A stretch of DNA of 39,471 bases from a virus (IMGVR_UViG_3300048855_000044:1-39471), one strand, 5' to 3'. Counted from the first letter of the stretch, positions 1-10,267 are shown. Program-made: numbers and translations. The notes: a model not told the origin generated them from the sequence alone.

Positions 1-641
1 GAATCACCTCGCGAAGCCTGGCTGAAAGTCCCCATGCCGTCGCCAAGATTGTTGAGCGAGCCGAGGCTTGCAAGCGAACCGGCAGTCATTCGCCCGCTTA
101 CCGGTAGATCATTCAGTGAAGCCGGCGGGGGGCTTTGGACGAGGGGAGCTGCTGCCTGACCGTTACGCAGGTCCAAAGGAAGGTTTGAGAGCGCCGCTGT
201 CCCACTCTGCCCTAGCCGCGCGACGACTGGTGTCGCGGCATTGCCAGTCCCCGCGCTGATCGGGCGAAACTGTTCAAGGGTGAGAGCCTGTGGCTGGCCG
301 GTCGCTTTTGGCTGCGTAGCGGCAATGTCCGCAAGCGAGGGTTGCGGCGCACTGCCGCCAGGTGCTAAACCATTTGGCGCCGGAGGTAGGCTAGGCGCTA
401 CTGGAGCGGCACCAATCGATTGCGGCCCGAGGGATGAAAGGCTCCTCGCCGGAGCGACCTGACCCGATGCCTGCATGCCTACTTGATTCAGTGATGCCGG
501 CTGAGCGGCCAGCTGCTGGGTGGCACGCCCCACGGGACCGGTGGACTGGGTGGTCTGTGACCGGCCTGCCATTCGCGCCGTACGCTCCTCCGGCGTGAGG
601 TACACGTCATTGAGGTCGCCGTTCAAGTCACCAGCTGCCAT
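1..641 (-). CDS. Putative internal virion / DNA-ejection protein, 5' part (runs off left edge)
   Basis: Not in the ORF track. Translated by hand from the ATG at 641 (MAAGDLNGDLNDVYLTPEERTARMAG...) and open to the window edge. Low-complexity A/P/Q/S/G-rich sequence, downstream of the tail genes, with its own late-type promoter. Confidence 0.6.
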   Translation of the reverse strand, partial: MAAGDLNGDLNDVYLTPEERTARMAGRSQTTQSTGPVGRATQQLAAQPASLNQVGMQASGQVAPARSLSSLGPQSIGAAPVAPSLPPAPNGLAPGGSAPQPSLADIAATQPKATGQPQALTLEQFRPISAGTGNAATPVVARLGQSGTAALSNLPLDLRNGQAAAPLVQSPPPASLNDLPVSGRMTAGSLASLGSLNNLGDGMGTFSQASRGD

Positions 642-672
642 GTTCACTACTCCGCGTATGATTCATGCGCCG

Positions 673-700
673 AGGCTATGTGACTGCTTTCTGGCTTCAA
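673..700 (-). promoter_or_regulatory. Late-type promoter copy 1 (TTGAAG-16-TAGCCT, AGTCACA abutting -10)
   Basis: Minus strand reads TTGAAG CCAGAAAGCAGTCACA TAGCCT; same architecture as three other intergenic sites. Confidence 0.7.
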
Positions 701-705
701 GCGGT

Positions 706-1641
706 TTACGCTTCCTCAAAGCACCTCACGAAGTTGCGCCAGAACCGCTCAGGTTCATAGACAGCTTCGAACTCGAAAAAGATGCTCGTTAACCCGGTCC
801 CGTCGTTCAAGTCACCTGGCAATTCGGATGAATAAGACTGTTTGTAAGAAAAGTCCTGCCTCACTACGAGTTCCTTGACAGTCTGCCCCCTGAAATAGCC
901 GACACGCTGTTCACCGTCATCCGCCGGCGCGGTGCATAGGCCTTGCTGGGGATAAGCGAAAATCTCTCCACCGTCGACTTCCACTAGCCAGGAATCCATA
1001 ACAGTGGCGGCTCCTAGCCCAGCCGCTTCTGCCGCTACAGCCAATGCCCCGAGCGCTACAGTGCCGAGCGCTACGCATTCCTCGTAGTTCTTCGCTTCCG
1101 GCACGTCCGGAAGAGGTACGGTAAGCGCGACGTTCAAGGCCTGCCCGTTGGCTATTGGCGTAGACAAATACATAGCCTTGGCATCTGTATCGATGTACAC
1201 AAGCCTACTTGAGCTATTCCGAAAGCACATAAAAGAGGGCTGACCATTTTCCGGAAAGGCTCCCCGATCTTGCAGAAGCGCAACGGGTGTCGGCATAGAG
1301 AAATCGACAGCAACCCACGAGGTTTGGCCGTTGGAGAGACCAAATGCGAATCTGCCATCCGGTGTGAAGTACATGCCGTAGCTGGGCATTTGAATAGACG
1401 GCAGTGGCGTAACTTTCGCAACCGGCGCTGTCGGCAGCGTTTCCCCCTGGAGCGCGTCAGTTAAAACCACGCTGATCGTGGATAAAACACAGCGGACTTT
1501 GGAATCTCCAAGGTAAAAGGCTGCGATTCGGTCAATTTCCGCAGGTGCCGACCAAGCAAGATTTTTCGTTATGTTCGTGACGGTATCGAGCTGATACACC
1601 GCTCCGTCGGCTGCCCAGCCGCGCGCAACATTAACTTTCAT
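706..1641 (-). CDS. Putative tail/receptor-binding-associated protein (beta-rich)
   Basis: 311 aa ORF coupled to the upstream gene by an ATGA overlap; lies in the tail block. Confidence 0.6.
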   Translation of the reverse strand: MKVNVARGWAADGAVYQLDTVTNITKNLAWSAPAEIDRIAAFYLGDSKVRCVLSTISVVLTDALQGETLPTAPVAKVTPLPSIQMPSYGMYFTPDGRFAFGLSNGQTSWVAVDFSMPTPVALLQDRGAFPENGQPSFMCFRNSSSRLVYIDTDAKAMYLSTPIANGQALNVALTVPLPDVPEAKNYEECVALGTVALGALAVAAEAAGLGAATVMDSWLVEVDGGEIFAYPQQGLCTAPADDGEQRVGYFRGQTVKELVVRQDFSYKQSYSSELPGDLNDGTGLTSIFFEFEAVYEPERFWRNFVRCFEEA

Positions 1642-3650
1642 ACTCTGCTCCTCCCATCAAGGCCCACACTCAGATCGAACCGCCACATCTTGTTGCCCAC
1701 GTAAAAAGCGCCGCCCTGCGCCCCAGCGTCGGTCACGTACTCGCGCCAGTTTTCGCCGCCGTCCAGAGATAGATAGGTCTTCCCTCCGGAGCCGTTGTTT
1801 CCCGAGCTGTGCTCAGAAATAGTTGCAAGCAGTACGGCTGGGGCTCCAGGGGCATCACCAGTCGCTGGCAAGAACGGCTGAACGACCGTCACGAAACATT
1901 TATCAAGATAGTTGCTCGACACCGCGATCTCGCCACCGATGCGTACCGAGCCGTTGTTCACGTCGAACACCGCGCACCTGATTGACCTCGCCGAGGTGGA
2001 CGGAGGGTAATCAATGCATGCGGTTATCAGCTTGTTTTCGCCTGCGTGATAGACAGAAGAAAACGGGTTGGCTTCGTCCCAGTTTGTGTTGTCGAACTTC
2101 GTGGGACCGTCCTGCATCCAGACTGCAAAAAGTGGCGCGCCGCCGGAGATCACACGACGTGAAGGCTCATTCCCGGTCGAAGAGTAGAGAGCCCACTCGC
2201 CCCTAATACGCCTAACACCGCCGCGCTCATAGGTTTGCTCCCAGACAAGGCAGTAAGCTGTCGATGAACCCGGAGTCGGCACCGTTGCCGCACCCACGAT
2301 CCACGGCTGCATGAACTCACCCGCGACACCCGTTTCGATCTCGCCGTCGGGTGCGTTCCAATCCGCCCTCAGCGAGACAGTTCTGCCCCCGGGGAGCGTG
2401 GTCAATATCGACCAGGCGTCGCCGCTTAGCCGGGAATCGGATTCACTGTCATCCAGATCCCGATAGGTGGTGTATGCGCTGAAAACGACAAATCCATCGC
2501 CGGCCTGTACAGGTGTTGGCGTGAAAAATGTCCCAAAGTTTGGAAGCTCAGGACGTCCGCTGCTGTCACTTGGCAATTTCTCAGGCGTTGGATGCAGGTA
2601 GGTCTGCTCTATGTCCGTTGGGACCACAACGATCATGTCGGTGGTTTCGGCAAAAAGATTGGTCCCAATTGCTGGCTTGTACTCTGACCTGTCCTGCTCG
2701 CCTGTAGCAAACAGCAGGCCTTGTTCGCCATACCGGTCATACCCTAGCGAGCCTGCCTCCCCCCAAGGTACTTGATGCTGGCGAAATGTGCGTGCAGCGT
2801 GGCAATAACGGTCCACTCCGACCAGGGCGCTTGATGAGAACGCAGGGATCATGGCAAACCCACTCATCATCATGCTTGGGGCTCGCCGACTTGCGAACTC
2901 CGTTGCGCTCTGATCTACGGGCACAAGCCTGCGGGGATACAATTTCCACTCCGCGGGTAGATCCACCTCATCGATCGCGTACTGATTCCGCAGGAAGTAG
3001 TTGAGCCTGAGTTCCCCTGACTCAATACCGGCACCGGAAATGCTCGCTGCCCGCCCCGCTGTTAAAAATGAGTTAATCGAGCCAGTCAGTGCCACTTCAC
3101 ACGAATAATCAAAGTACTGGTCGTCATCAAGCCAGGCTTCCGTTCGGTCCGGAGGGTTTTTGAGCAGAGGCACATCCAGTCGGGAGTATCCAAAGAACCA
3201 CTCCCTCTGCTGAATCGCCGGGAAGCGCCCGTATGACACTGGGCGATTTGATCCACGAATTCGCGATGGCGCTGCCAGAATGTAATACCCGGTTTTATCG
3301 AGCACCTGATACTCCACGCTCGTCCCCGGCGACACGAAATCGTCACGATTTCCGACCGGCACGGCAACGCCCACGATGCTCACATTCGCCTGGGGAAGAC
3401 GCAGGGCTCCTGCGTATAGTATGAATCCCGGCATGTCGATAACTGCGGCGATATAGGACCCTTTTTCCAGCATCGGAACAGGGCCTTCCGATTCTTGCCA
3501 GCGCCCAGTCGCGCGCAGCAGAAATCCATTAATGACCTGGTGCTTGACTCCGATCCTGGATCGATAAGCAGAGGTCGCAAGGTCGCGCGCCGTTCGGATG
3601 TATATGGCCCCCACCCGCGTCATCACTCTGCTGGCGACGATAAGCCCCAT
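1638..3650 (-). CDS. Putative tail protein with beta-propeller character
   Basis: 670 aa; Asp-box/BNR-like motif SLDGGENW near the C-terminus; coupled to both neighbours. Confidence 0.6.
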   Translation of the reverse strand: MGLIVASRVMTRVGAIYIRTARDLATSAYRSRIGVKHQVINGFLLRATGRWQESEGPVPMLEKGSYIAAVIDMPGFILYAGALRLPQANVSIVGVAVPVGNRDDFVSPGTSVEYQVLDKTGYYILAAPSRIRGSNRPVSYGRFPAIQQREWFFGYSRLDVPLLKNPPDRTEAWLDDDQYFDYSCEVALTGSINSFLTAGRAASISGAGIESGELRLNYFLRNQYAIDEVDLPAEWKLYPRRLVPVDQSATEFASRRAPSMMMSGFAMIPAFSSSALVGVDRYCHAARTFRQHQVPWGEAGSLGYDRYGEQGLLFATGEQDRSEYKPAIGTNLFAETTDMIVVVPTDIEQTYLHPTPEKLPSDSSGRPELPNFGTFFTPTPVQAGDGFVVFSAYTTYRDLDDSESDSRLSGDAWSILTTLPGGRTVSLRADWNAPDGEIETGVAGEFMQPWIVGAATVPTPGSSTAYCLVWEQTYERGGVRRIRGEWALYSSTGNEPSRRVISGGAPLFAVWMQDGPTKFDNTNWDEANPFSSVYHAGENKLITACIDYPPSTSARSIRCAVFDVNNGSVRIGGEIAVSSNYLDKCFVTVVQPFLPATGDAPGAPAVLLATISEHSSGNNGSGGKTYLSLDGGENWREYVTDAGAQGGAFYVGNKMWRFDLSVGLDGRSRV

Positions 3651-4756
3651 CAGACCGACTCGATCTGCGCAGTGAGAGAGCCGGCCGCGTTGTAGGCAGC
3701 CGCTGCGGCGTCTGAAAAACCGCGAGCAGCTTGTGCATGGGCCGCCGCCTGACCGTCACCGCCATACAAACCGACCTTGTTACGGTCGCTGGCAATGGCG
3801 ACGTTGGCGCGTGACTCAGCCGCCTGCAGCTTGAGCTGCTCCGAGCTCAGTGAGACCCCGGCGCCAGCCTGAGCTGCTCGCAGCTTAAGTTCCTGCCCGG
3901 AAAGCGCGACATTTGCCTGCGCCTGAGCCGCGCGCAGACGCAACTCCTCGATGGACACCTCGACATTTGCATAGCTGGACAAGGCGCCGTAATAGGCGTT
4001 GTAAAGCTGTGCTTGAATCTTGGCTTTCTCGATTGCCGTGCCATGGACTGAGTAGATGGCGCGGAAATAATCAGCGCTTGCACTCAGGACGCCGAGTTTC
4101 AGCTGAGAGGCAATCGAAGTTGCATGCTTGAGGAGGTCCGCTTTGATCTCGGCATCCTTGATAGCTTGGTCACGGCTTACATCCAGAATGGCGCTGGTAG
4201 CGTTCTGCTCTGACTGGCTTAAGGCGTCCGCCAAGGCCCCGGCGGGCAGACTGAACCCTCTCAAAGAGAACGCCGCTTCCAGTTGCCTTTGCTCGCTGCT
4301 AGCAGTGCGATAGGCCCTATCCCGCGCTTTGTGCCACACCATTTCAAACACGGTGCCGGCCATGCCAAATGGCTGCGTGCCCCCGATTACAGCAGCGCAC
4401 CAGTCCTCCGTGAGGTTTTGAAACGAACCGTTGATCGAAGGAAAAAACTTCGCGAACCACTGGTCGACCGTCGAATTGAGTTCAGCAATCAGCGCATTTG
4501 AATTATCAGCGCCTTCGAATAGATCTGAGAACTTTGGCGCCTCTCCCGCCGAAAGCGTCCCTGGGCTGTAACTGAAGGTGGGAGTGTTACCTTGAAAGCT
4601 AAGCGACTGGCTGTTCGCGGTATATGACAGACCCACCGTTGAAAGACTTGGCTTGCTCGATGCCGTGATGCGACCCGCACTGCCACTTGCTAGGGAGATT
4701 GCTCGACTGGCATTGGAGAAGAGCTGACTCGTAGTGTTTCCGTAATCTGAAGCCAT
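3650..4756 (-). CDS. Virion structural protein, alpha-helical (tail/ejection)
   Basis: 368 aa, Ala-rich; AGGAG RBS; internal 18-aa repeats. Confidence 0.65.
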   Translation of the reverse strand: MASDYGNTTSQLFSNASRAISLASGSAGRITASSKPSLSTVGLSYTANSQSLSFQGNTPTFSYSPGTLSAGEAPKFSDLFEGADNSNALIAELNSTVDQWFAKFFPSINGSFQNLTEDWCAAVIGGTQPFGMAGTVFEMVWHKARDRAYRTASSEQRQLEAAFSLRGFSLPAGALADALSQSEQNATSAILDVSRDQAIKDAEIKADLLKHATSIASQLKLGVLSASADYFRAIYSVHGTAIEKAKIQAQLYNAYYGALSSYANVEVSIEELRLRAAQAQANVALSGQELKLRAAQAGAGVSLSSEQLKLQAAESRANVAIASDRNKVGLYGGDGQAAAHAQAARGFSDAAAAAYNAAGSLTAQIESV

Positions 4757-4768
4757 GAACTGATCTCC

Positions 4769-6634
4769 TTAGTTCGATCTGCGGCCGGTCTGCGTGAGCA
4801 CCCACTCAATGTTGTCCAGCTCGGCGTAATTGCTCTCAACTACTTCCAGGCGCAGGCGCCAGAAGCGGGAGGCCCGCCCACGCTGCATGTCAGCCCGGTA
4901 CTCGCCTTTTCGCTCGTAGGCTCGGTAGACCATCTCCTGATCACCGTCCTCCACCGTTCGGACGTAGACCTGACCATCTGTTGCCAGGCCCATGAATATG
5001 TTGCCGACGCGCTTGCCCTGGGCCGTGCCGAAGTCCTCGGCGCCGAAGTCCGCCCGGGCTCCGATGTAGCTGCCGCCGTCCGTGTCTCCGCCTATTCGGT
5101 AGAGCCCGTCTTTTCGGTAGCCGTAGGTATCCATGCCAACTCGGCAGAAGCCGTCGAAATCAAAGCCTGCATAGCGGCTGACGGCGCCGGTGAGGATGTT
5201 GGTTGAGTAAGTGCTGCCGGTGAAGTCATACAGCCCGGAAAGCCCGGTGACGCTATTGATGTATTCGAAGGTATCGCGTGAGGTGCGAACCGAGGCGTCG
5301 GCCAGCCCGATCTTGTTCTCCAGCAGTGCGCTGATGATGAGGCCGATGCTGGCCTCATCCATGAGCACCAGGTGATCTGCGAGGTCCAGGTCCATGCGCA
5401 AGATTAGGTCGTAAGCCGAACCCAGCTGCAAGCTATCCACCAGCGTGGCGTATGCGACCGGGTCGACAACGTAATAGTCGCCGACGAATAGTGCTTCCGA
5501 GGCGGACTCGTACCCTTGCGGCTCGTCGTTGGAAAGCGAATACACGGACATGTGGTCGATCACCAGCGAGGCGTCGCCGTAATCATAATCTCCTGACCTC
5601 ATGGTCATCGTGGTGACAGACGAAGCGCTGCCGATGTCGATTGATACCCCAAGCGCACTGAGTGTCATTGGGAGCGCCATCACTGCGACAGACAAGTCGA
5701 CATCGTTAAATCCGCTCGCCTTGAGAGCTGGCTCATCCAACCGCATTTCTGCGGCGGAGTAATCACCTTCGCTCGCAAATACTGAAAGATCGATGATCAG
5801 GCGAGCGTGACCATCGTTGATGGAGGCATAGCCGCCCAAGCTCCAGGTGGAGGAGGCTTGAAGCCTGGCGTCGGCGCTTCCGGTTCCCCAGCCCCAGTCG
5901 CCGGTCGATGAAAGCGTATGCACAGAAAGCAGGCGGGCATCATCTACCGAGTCGCCGCCCGAACAGATCACAGCGGACATTACCATCGGCCCCGACGACC
6001 GTGTCGAGCTAGAGTAGCTAAGCGACTCACCCGCTAGGCAGCGAACTTTGCCATTGATCCGCTCGATCCTCACTTTGATGGCCCCGGATACAGGCCCGCC
6101 AGTCGCTTTGATCGATCCACGCTCAACTGCGGAAGGACTCTGGGACGGGGAAATGAGCACCGCGTGCTCAAGCGCATTGAAGCTTGCAACCTGACCGCCG
6201 GCCGGCTGGATGCCAACTAAAACACCCTGCACGGCAGAATCAACAACGCACTCAACCACAAAGTCGCCGTCGATAATTCCTACGCTCTGCGCCCCGGCGT
6301 TCCATCCGAGCTGCCCATCCGTAAGGGTCGTCGCGTCACGGCCGACCACCCCTACGACTGCAGGATGGTAGGTGTAGATAGGCACATCGACGTATCTGGT
6401 CGAGGGGATACCAGGTTTTGGGAAGGTGAAGCCAATAATGCCTTGGACCTTGCGCCCGTACCTGTCCGTATAGAAACCGTACTGCGGGACCGGGGTTGTA
6501 GAGGCTTGGCCGCCTGAATAGCTGGTTACAGCACGACGCTCATATGTGACGGTGGTGTACGCAGGCGCGGCGACCACCTCCTGTATGGCTGACACATACG
6601 TCGTGATTGCCTCCTTGGTCAGACGATGCGCCAT
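4769..6634 (-). CDS. Tail structural protein
   Basis: 621 aa beta-rich ORF within the tail operon. Confidence 0.65.
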   Translation of the reverse strand: MAHRLTKEAITTYVSAIQEVVAAPAYTTVTYERRAVTSYSGGQASTTPVPQYGFYTDRYGRKVQGIIGFTFPKPGIPSTRYVDVPIYTYHPAVVGVVGRDATTLTDGQLGWNAGAQSVGIIDGDFVVECVVDSAVQGVLVGIQPAGGQVASFNALEHAVLISPSQSPSAVERGSIKATGGPVSGAIKVRIERINGKVRCLAGESLSYSSSTRSSGPMVMSAVICSGGDSVDDARLLSVHTLSSTGDWGWGTGSADARLQASSTWSLGGYASINDGHARLIIDLSVFASEGDYSAAEMRLDEPALKASGFNDVDLSVAVMALPMTLSALGVSIDIGSASSVTTMTMRSGDYDYGDASLVIDHMSVYSLSNDEPQGYESASEALFVGDYYVVDPVAYATLVDSLQLGSAYDLILRMDLDLADHLVLMDEASIGLIISALLENKIGLADASVRTSRDTFEYINSVTGLSGLYDFTGSTYSTNILTGAVSRYAGFDFDGFCRVGMDTYGYRKDGLYRIGGDTDGGSYIGARADFGAEDFGTAQGKRVGNIFMGLATDGQVYVRTVEDGDQEMVYRAYERKGEYRADMQRGRASRFWRLRLEVVESNYAELDNIEWVLTQTGRRSN

Positions 6635-6642
6635 GTCAGACC

Positions 6643-7080
6643 TCAGCCCGCGCTTACGGAAATAACGAAGACGTTGATCTGACGAAGGTTGCCGGCGATC
6701 AGCGCGGTAGTACCAAAGTTCATGTCGGCACCGTCAAGGCCGATTGTTCCTTGAATGCGGATTGCGGTGGCGGAGGCTGCCCCTGCGTCGGCTGCATCTT
6801 CCATCCGGAAGAATGCCGCAGTGCCGCTGGCCATAACGCTGCCGGACCAGACCTCCGAAGATGACTTTGTGACTTGGCCGCCGGCGGCTGTGCCGAAGCT
6901 TAGTCCAGTGCCGTTATCGTCCACGCTGATAGTGCACAGTAGCGTGGTTCCCGCGGGGAGCGCGTCATCAGCACTATCGGGTATGGTACTGCCTGCAAAT
7001 ATCTTGATGACTTTGCCGTTCAGCGCGGGTACCGCACCGGACGCCAGCATGGCGTTGCGAAATCCTGTGCTACGTTTCAT
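6643..7080 (-). CDS. Small tail/fibre-associated structural protein
   Basis: 145 aa, G/A/T/S-rich; coupled to the upstream gene. Confidence 0.65.
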   Translation of the reverse strand: MKRSTGFRNAMLASGAVPALNGKVIKIFAGSTIPDSADDALPAGTTLLCTISVDDNGTGLSFGTAAGGQVTKSSSEVWSGSVMASGTAAFFRMEDAADAGAASATAIRIQGTIGLDGADMNFGTTALIAGNLRQINVFVISVSAG

Positions 7081-7475
7081 CAGTTTTTACCCCCGATTTT
7101 TAGCTCGCCAGGCGAGAATTGGGCTTGCTCGCCCGTTGCAATGACTTTGTCTGTAACCAGACGCTGGATGACCAGGGGCACGTTTCTGCTGGCGTCCCAT
7201 ACGACGGCGTAAGCGGCTGTGTAACCGCTGCTCGCGGCTGCGAAGTAAACAGCCGATGCGTTCGATGCGACCGGCGCCGACGCGTCGGAAACATCCAATG
7301 CAAAACCGACTGGCTGGCGCGCGTAACTGGCATCGGTGACCTCATTTGCTACTCCCGAATTGCCCGGCGCGGCGGTGTGAAGGCTCACCACCCAAGCCGT
7401 CGGCCGCGCCGGTACAGATGAAGATGTGAGGTAGTACGTGAGTGAGTCGAGAGTGAGCGCCGGAGACATGGACAT
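7080..7475 (-). CDS. Small tail/fibre-associated structural protein
   Basis: 131 aa; LHTAAPG...NEV...YARQ pattern typical of small phage tail proteins. The start may be 7469. Confidence 0.65.
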   Translation of the reverse strand: MSMSPALTLDSLTYYLTSSSVPARPTAWVVSLHTAAPGNSGVANEVTDASYARQPVGFALDVSDASAPVASNASAVYFAAASSGYTAAYAVVWDASRNVPLVIQRLVTDKVIATGEQAQFSPGELKIGGKN

Positions 7476-7485
7476 CTATCAACCC

Positions 7486-8007
7486 TCAAGACGCTGGAAC
7501 GATGGTGATTGACGTCGCCAGGCGCCCTACAGTGCCCACGGGCATGTCGAGCGGGGACGAGAACCGAGCGATCGACAGCAGGACCCCGGTGTTCGAGCCC
7601 TTGGCGCTGTTTGCGCAGATGAACCCCCCATAGATCCTTTTGGTCGCATTCATGGTGAACTCCGCCCGGGTGGCCAGATTGCTGATGATCTGAACGCCGT
7701 CATACTGGTCGTTCCACTCAGGGCGCGTCGCTTCGTTATAGGCAACGCACTCCTGAAAGTCTGTCTGAAGGTTCGCGGAAGTGGTCCCTGACGTAGGCAC
7801 AGCGTTGCCCTCGTAAATCCCCATGTACCAACTTGAAATTGGCGCGACCGAGCCCCGGATCAGGCCAACAACATGGTTGATACCCACCTGTGGAATGATG
7901 TTCTTGCAGGTCCGGCTGTCGATGACCGCGCCGAAGTGGTCAACAATCTCCAGGGTGTAGACAAAGCCCAAAGGCAACGCCTGTTCTTTCAAGTCAACGC
8001 TGCTCAT
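7486..8007 (-). CDS. Small tail/fibre-associated structural protein
   Basis: 173 aa; ATGA overlap with the upstream gene. Confidence 0.65.
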   Translation of the reverse strand: MSSVDLKEQALPLGFVYTLEIVDHFGAVIDSRTCKNIIPQVGINHVVGLIRGSVAPISSWYMGIYEGNAVPTSGTTSANLQTDFQECVAYNEATRPEWNDQYDGVQIISNLATRAEFTMNATKRIYGGFICANSAKGSNTGVLLSIARFSSPLDMPVGTVGRLATSITIVPAS

Positions 8008-9215
8008 GGGTAGATAATCTCCATGTCGTAGGTATCGCTCGCGGCGAGCGGGTTTTGGCCTTTGGCGGCCTTCAGAGTGGTAACGACCATCTGCGTGCCG
8101 TTGGCTTCGAGCAGTGCAGAGGTCGCGGACCTGGACAGTTCCGGTACAAAATGCGCTTCGCTAACCAATAAGGCGTTACCAGTGCCATCGCTCTTGGCAA
8201 GGCCGTATCGGGTCATCCACATCACCTCGTTACGGAGGCCTTTTGTCTCCGAGCCGCGCATGGCACCGAAGTCGAAAACCTTGCGACTTGCGGGGGTAGC
8301 AGATTCGATTTCCGTCAAAAAATAGGTTTTGTCGGACGACACAAATACGCCACCATCGCCGGAGATCACCATGTCAACCGGTGAAGGGAAGTTGAACCAG
8401 CCTTTGATTGCGCTGCGTAGGTGCGGGCGTAAAGGCATGGTCATGTGCAAAACGGTGTCGTCAGCAGTAAGCAATACGCCGTTGTGCGCGCATATTCGGT
8501 CGCCCGGTACTGGCGCGTGCAGAAACTGGGTGTCCAGCCGGGCCGAAGCATCAACGATGCTTGAGCAGACGTAGGGGCCTATGCCCTCATTTTGGAGATA
8601 GAGCGTGCTGCCGTTGACCGCGCCCACGTAGAGGCGCACTCGACCACCGGCCGGAGGCACTAGCGCCGGGAACGACAGCGAGCTGTTATCCGGGACGGTG
8701 ATGCTTAGAGCAGTTGTTGTCCCGCCCTCGTCACCATGCGCATCGACAAAGGTTGCCGCGCACTGATACGTACCTCCCAGCAACGAGCCCTGGCCGATGG
8801 CCGGCACTGGCTGCATCGTTACTGTAGGAACACCCCAAGGGCGCAGTATCCCGGCCTTGAACCTGAGGCATTCATTCTCGGTACAGAAATACAGCTCGTC
8901 ATTCAGAACTGCACCAGCAAATCGGCCTGAGCCTGCGATTGATTTGATCGTGGCAAACGAACCGGTTTCGGTATTAAAGTCCACAAGACTTTCGCCGTCG
9001 GCAAGCAGAATGTGATTGCCCACACTCAACGCGCCACGTAACGCGGTGCCAGGCATCGCCTGATCGTAACCGGTGCGCAGGCGCAGCACGCCGTCAGCAG
9101 ATGGGTCGTAATTGACCGCATCCCGCAGCGCCCCCTTGGGAACGGCCTTTTCGTTGGACTTGTTATTGATCCCCAGTGGCCACGGACCTCGGAGTACCGG
9201 GCTGGACTCGGCCAT
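8004..9215 (-). CDS. Putative tail tube/nozzle (stabilisation) protein
   Basis: 403 aa directly after the adaptor gene; N-terminal GINN...LRDAVN...G.LRLR.G pattern resembles podovirus nozzle proteins. Confidence 0.55.
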   Translation of the reverse strand: MAESSPVLRGPWPLGINNKSNEKAVPKGALRDAVNYDPSADGVLRLRTGYDQAMPGTALRGALSVGNHILLADGESLVDFNTETGSFATIKSIAGSGRFAGAVLNDELYFCTENECLRFKAGILRPWGVPTVTMQPVPAIGQGSLLGGTYQCAATFVDAHGDEGGTTTALSITVPDNSSLSFPALVPPAGGRVRLYVGAVNGSTLYLQNEGIGPYVCSSIVDASARLDTQFLHAPVPGDRICAHNGVLLTADDTVLHMTMPLRPHLRSAIKGWFNFPSPVDMVISGDGGVFVSSDKTYFLTEIESATPASRKVFDFGAMRGSETKGLRNEVMWMTRYGLAKSDGTGNALLVSEAHFVPELSRSATSALLEANGTQMVVTTLKAAKGQNPLAASDTYDMEIIYP

Positions 9216-9877
9216 TACCAGTTACTCCGAATGGGTGCCGAGCAAGCGCCGCGTCGCAAGATCGATTGTTCCCGAGCGCGCTGACATGCCACTTCGAAGC
9301 GTTGCAAATGGCGATCTGAGCTTTCAATGCTGTAGGTCTCACCCTCATTGACGCGATATGCCTTGTAGGCGATATAGGACAGCAAGTGCCGGCGGTCAGA
9401 GGGGAGGATGTCAGGGATATTGTCGCATTTGTCCAGGTCGCGGACCGGGCGTCTGATGACGCGCAGGCGCAGCTCGCCAGCGGCGGATGGTTTTGGATGC
9501 ATGCAAAGCATCCCTGCCCCGTCAAAGTAAAAATGCGATGAGCAACCGTTGTAGGCCAGCCAGTAGCCGCCGCGGAACCCGTTGCTGAACTGGATCGGGT
9601 GACACGTGAGTCGGTACTGCGGGTGGCCTTCAACCCAGGCATCAACCACATCCAGAATGCAGGGATCGAGTGCGAACCGGTGCTCGCCAATTGCGTAAGG
9701 AATCAGTGTCACGTCGGAACTGTCGTCGACGAAGCTGTGGCTTTCCTCTGCGAACAGCGTCAAGGCCTCATTTGTCCAACGAACAAGCTGCCGGTCAGAC
9801 CAGAAATACGGTTCGATGGCGTCTTTTTCGTCTTCGCGAAAGGCTTCAATGAGGCTCTTGACGGTATCGTAGGCCAT
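9215..9877 (-). CDS. Head-tail adaptor (podovirus type)
   Basis: 220 aa; FWSDRQLVRWTNEA and LLSYIAYKAY motifs; position after the capsid genes. Confidence 0.65.
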   Translation of the reverse strand: MAYDTVKSLIEAFREDEKDAIEPYFWSDRQLVRWTNEALTLFAEESHSFVDDSSDVTLIPYAIGEHRFALDPCILDVVDAWVEGHPQYRLTCHPIQFSNGFRGGYWLAYNGCSSHFYFDGAGMLCMHPKPSAAGELRLRVIRRPVRDLDKCDNIPDILPSDRRHLLSYIAYKAYRVNEGETYSIESSDRHLQRFEVACQRAREQSILRRGACSAPIRSNW

Positions 9878-9880
9878 GAC

Positions 9881-10267
9881 TTACGCCAGCGACTTTTCGA
9901 AAGCGTCAAAGGCCGTGGTCAGCTGAGTTTTCGTCACGCCGAAACCTGCCTGCTTTTTCACGGCAGACAGGGTTGGACGTCCCGTCGCCTCGATCTCGTC
10001 CGGATCGTTACGCTCGATGACGGCTTCCAGCGCCTTGAGGATCAGGGTCGACTTGTCGTCGCCCTCCTCCTCATCCTCATCGGTCTGCACACCAACGACG
10101 CTGCAGCCCGCAGTGAAGGCTTCTTTGCGGAACTTGATCGGTACAGGAGTACCTTCTTCGCCATCTTCAGGATGAACGCGATGGACCGCGAGGCTGTGGC
10201 CGGACAGGTGTACCAACGACAGGATATTCAAGCCTTCTGGCGGATTCATGCGGAATTTGTCAGTCAT
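9881..10267 (-). CDS. Hypothetical head-associated protein
   Basis: 128 aa; GAGGGG RBS; in the structural operon. Confidence 0.65.
   Translation of the reverse strand: MTDKFRMNPPEGLNILSLVHLSGHSLAVHRVHPEDGEEGTPVPIKFRKEAFTAGCSVVGVQTDEDEEEGDDKSTLILKALEAVIERNDPDEIEATGRPTLSAVKKQAGFGVTKTQLTTAFDAFEKSLA

Noticed and set aside
621-816. GTTCAAGTCACC repeated at about 621 and 805 (both encode GDLN)
   Set aside because: Only 12 bp with no flanking similarity; compatible with chance.
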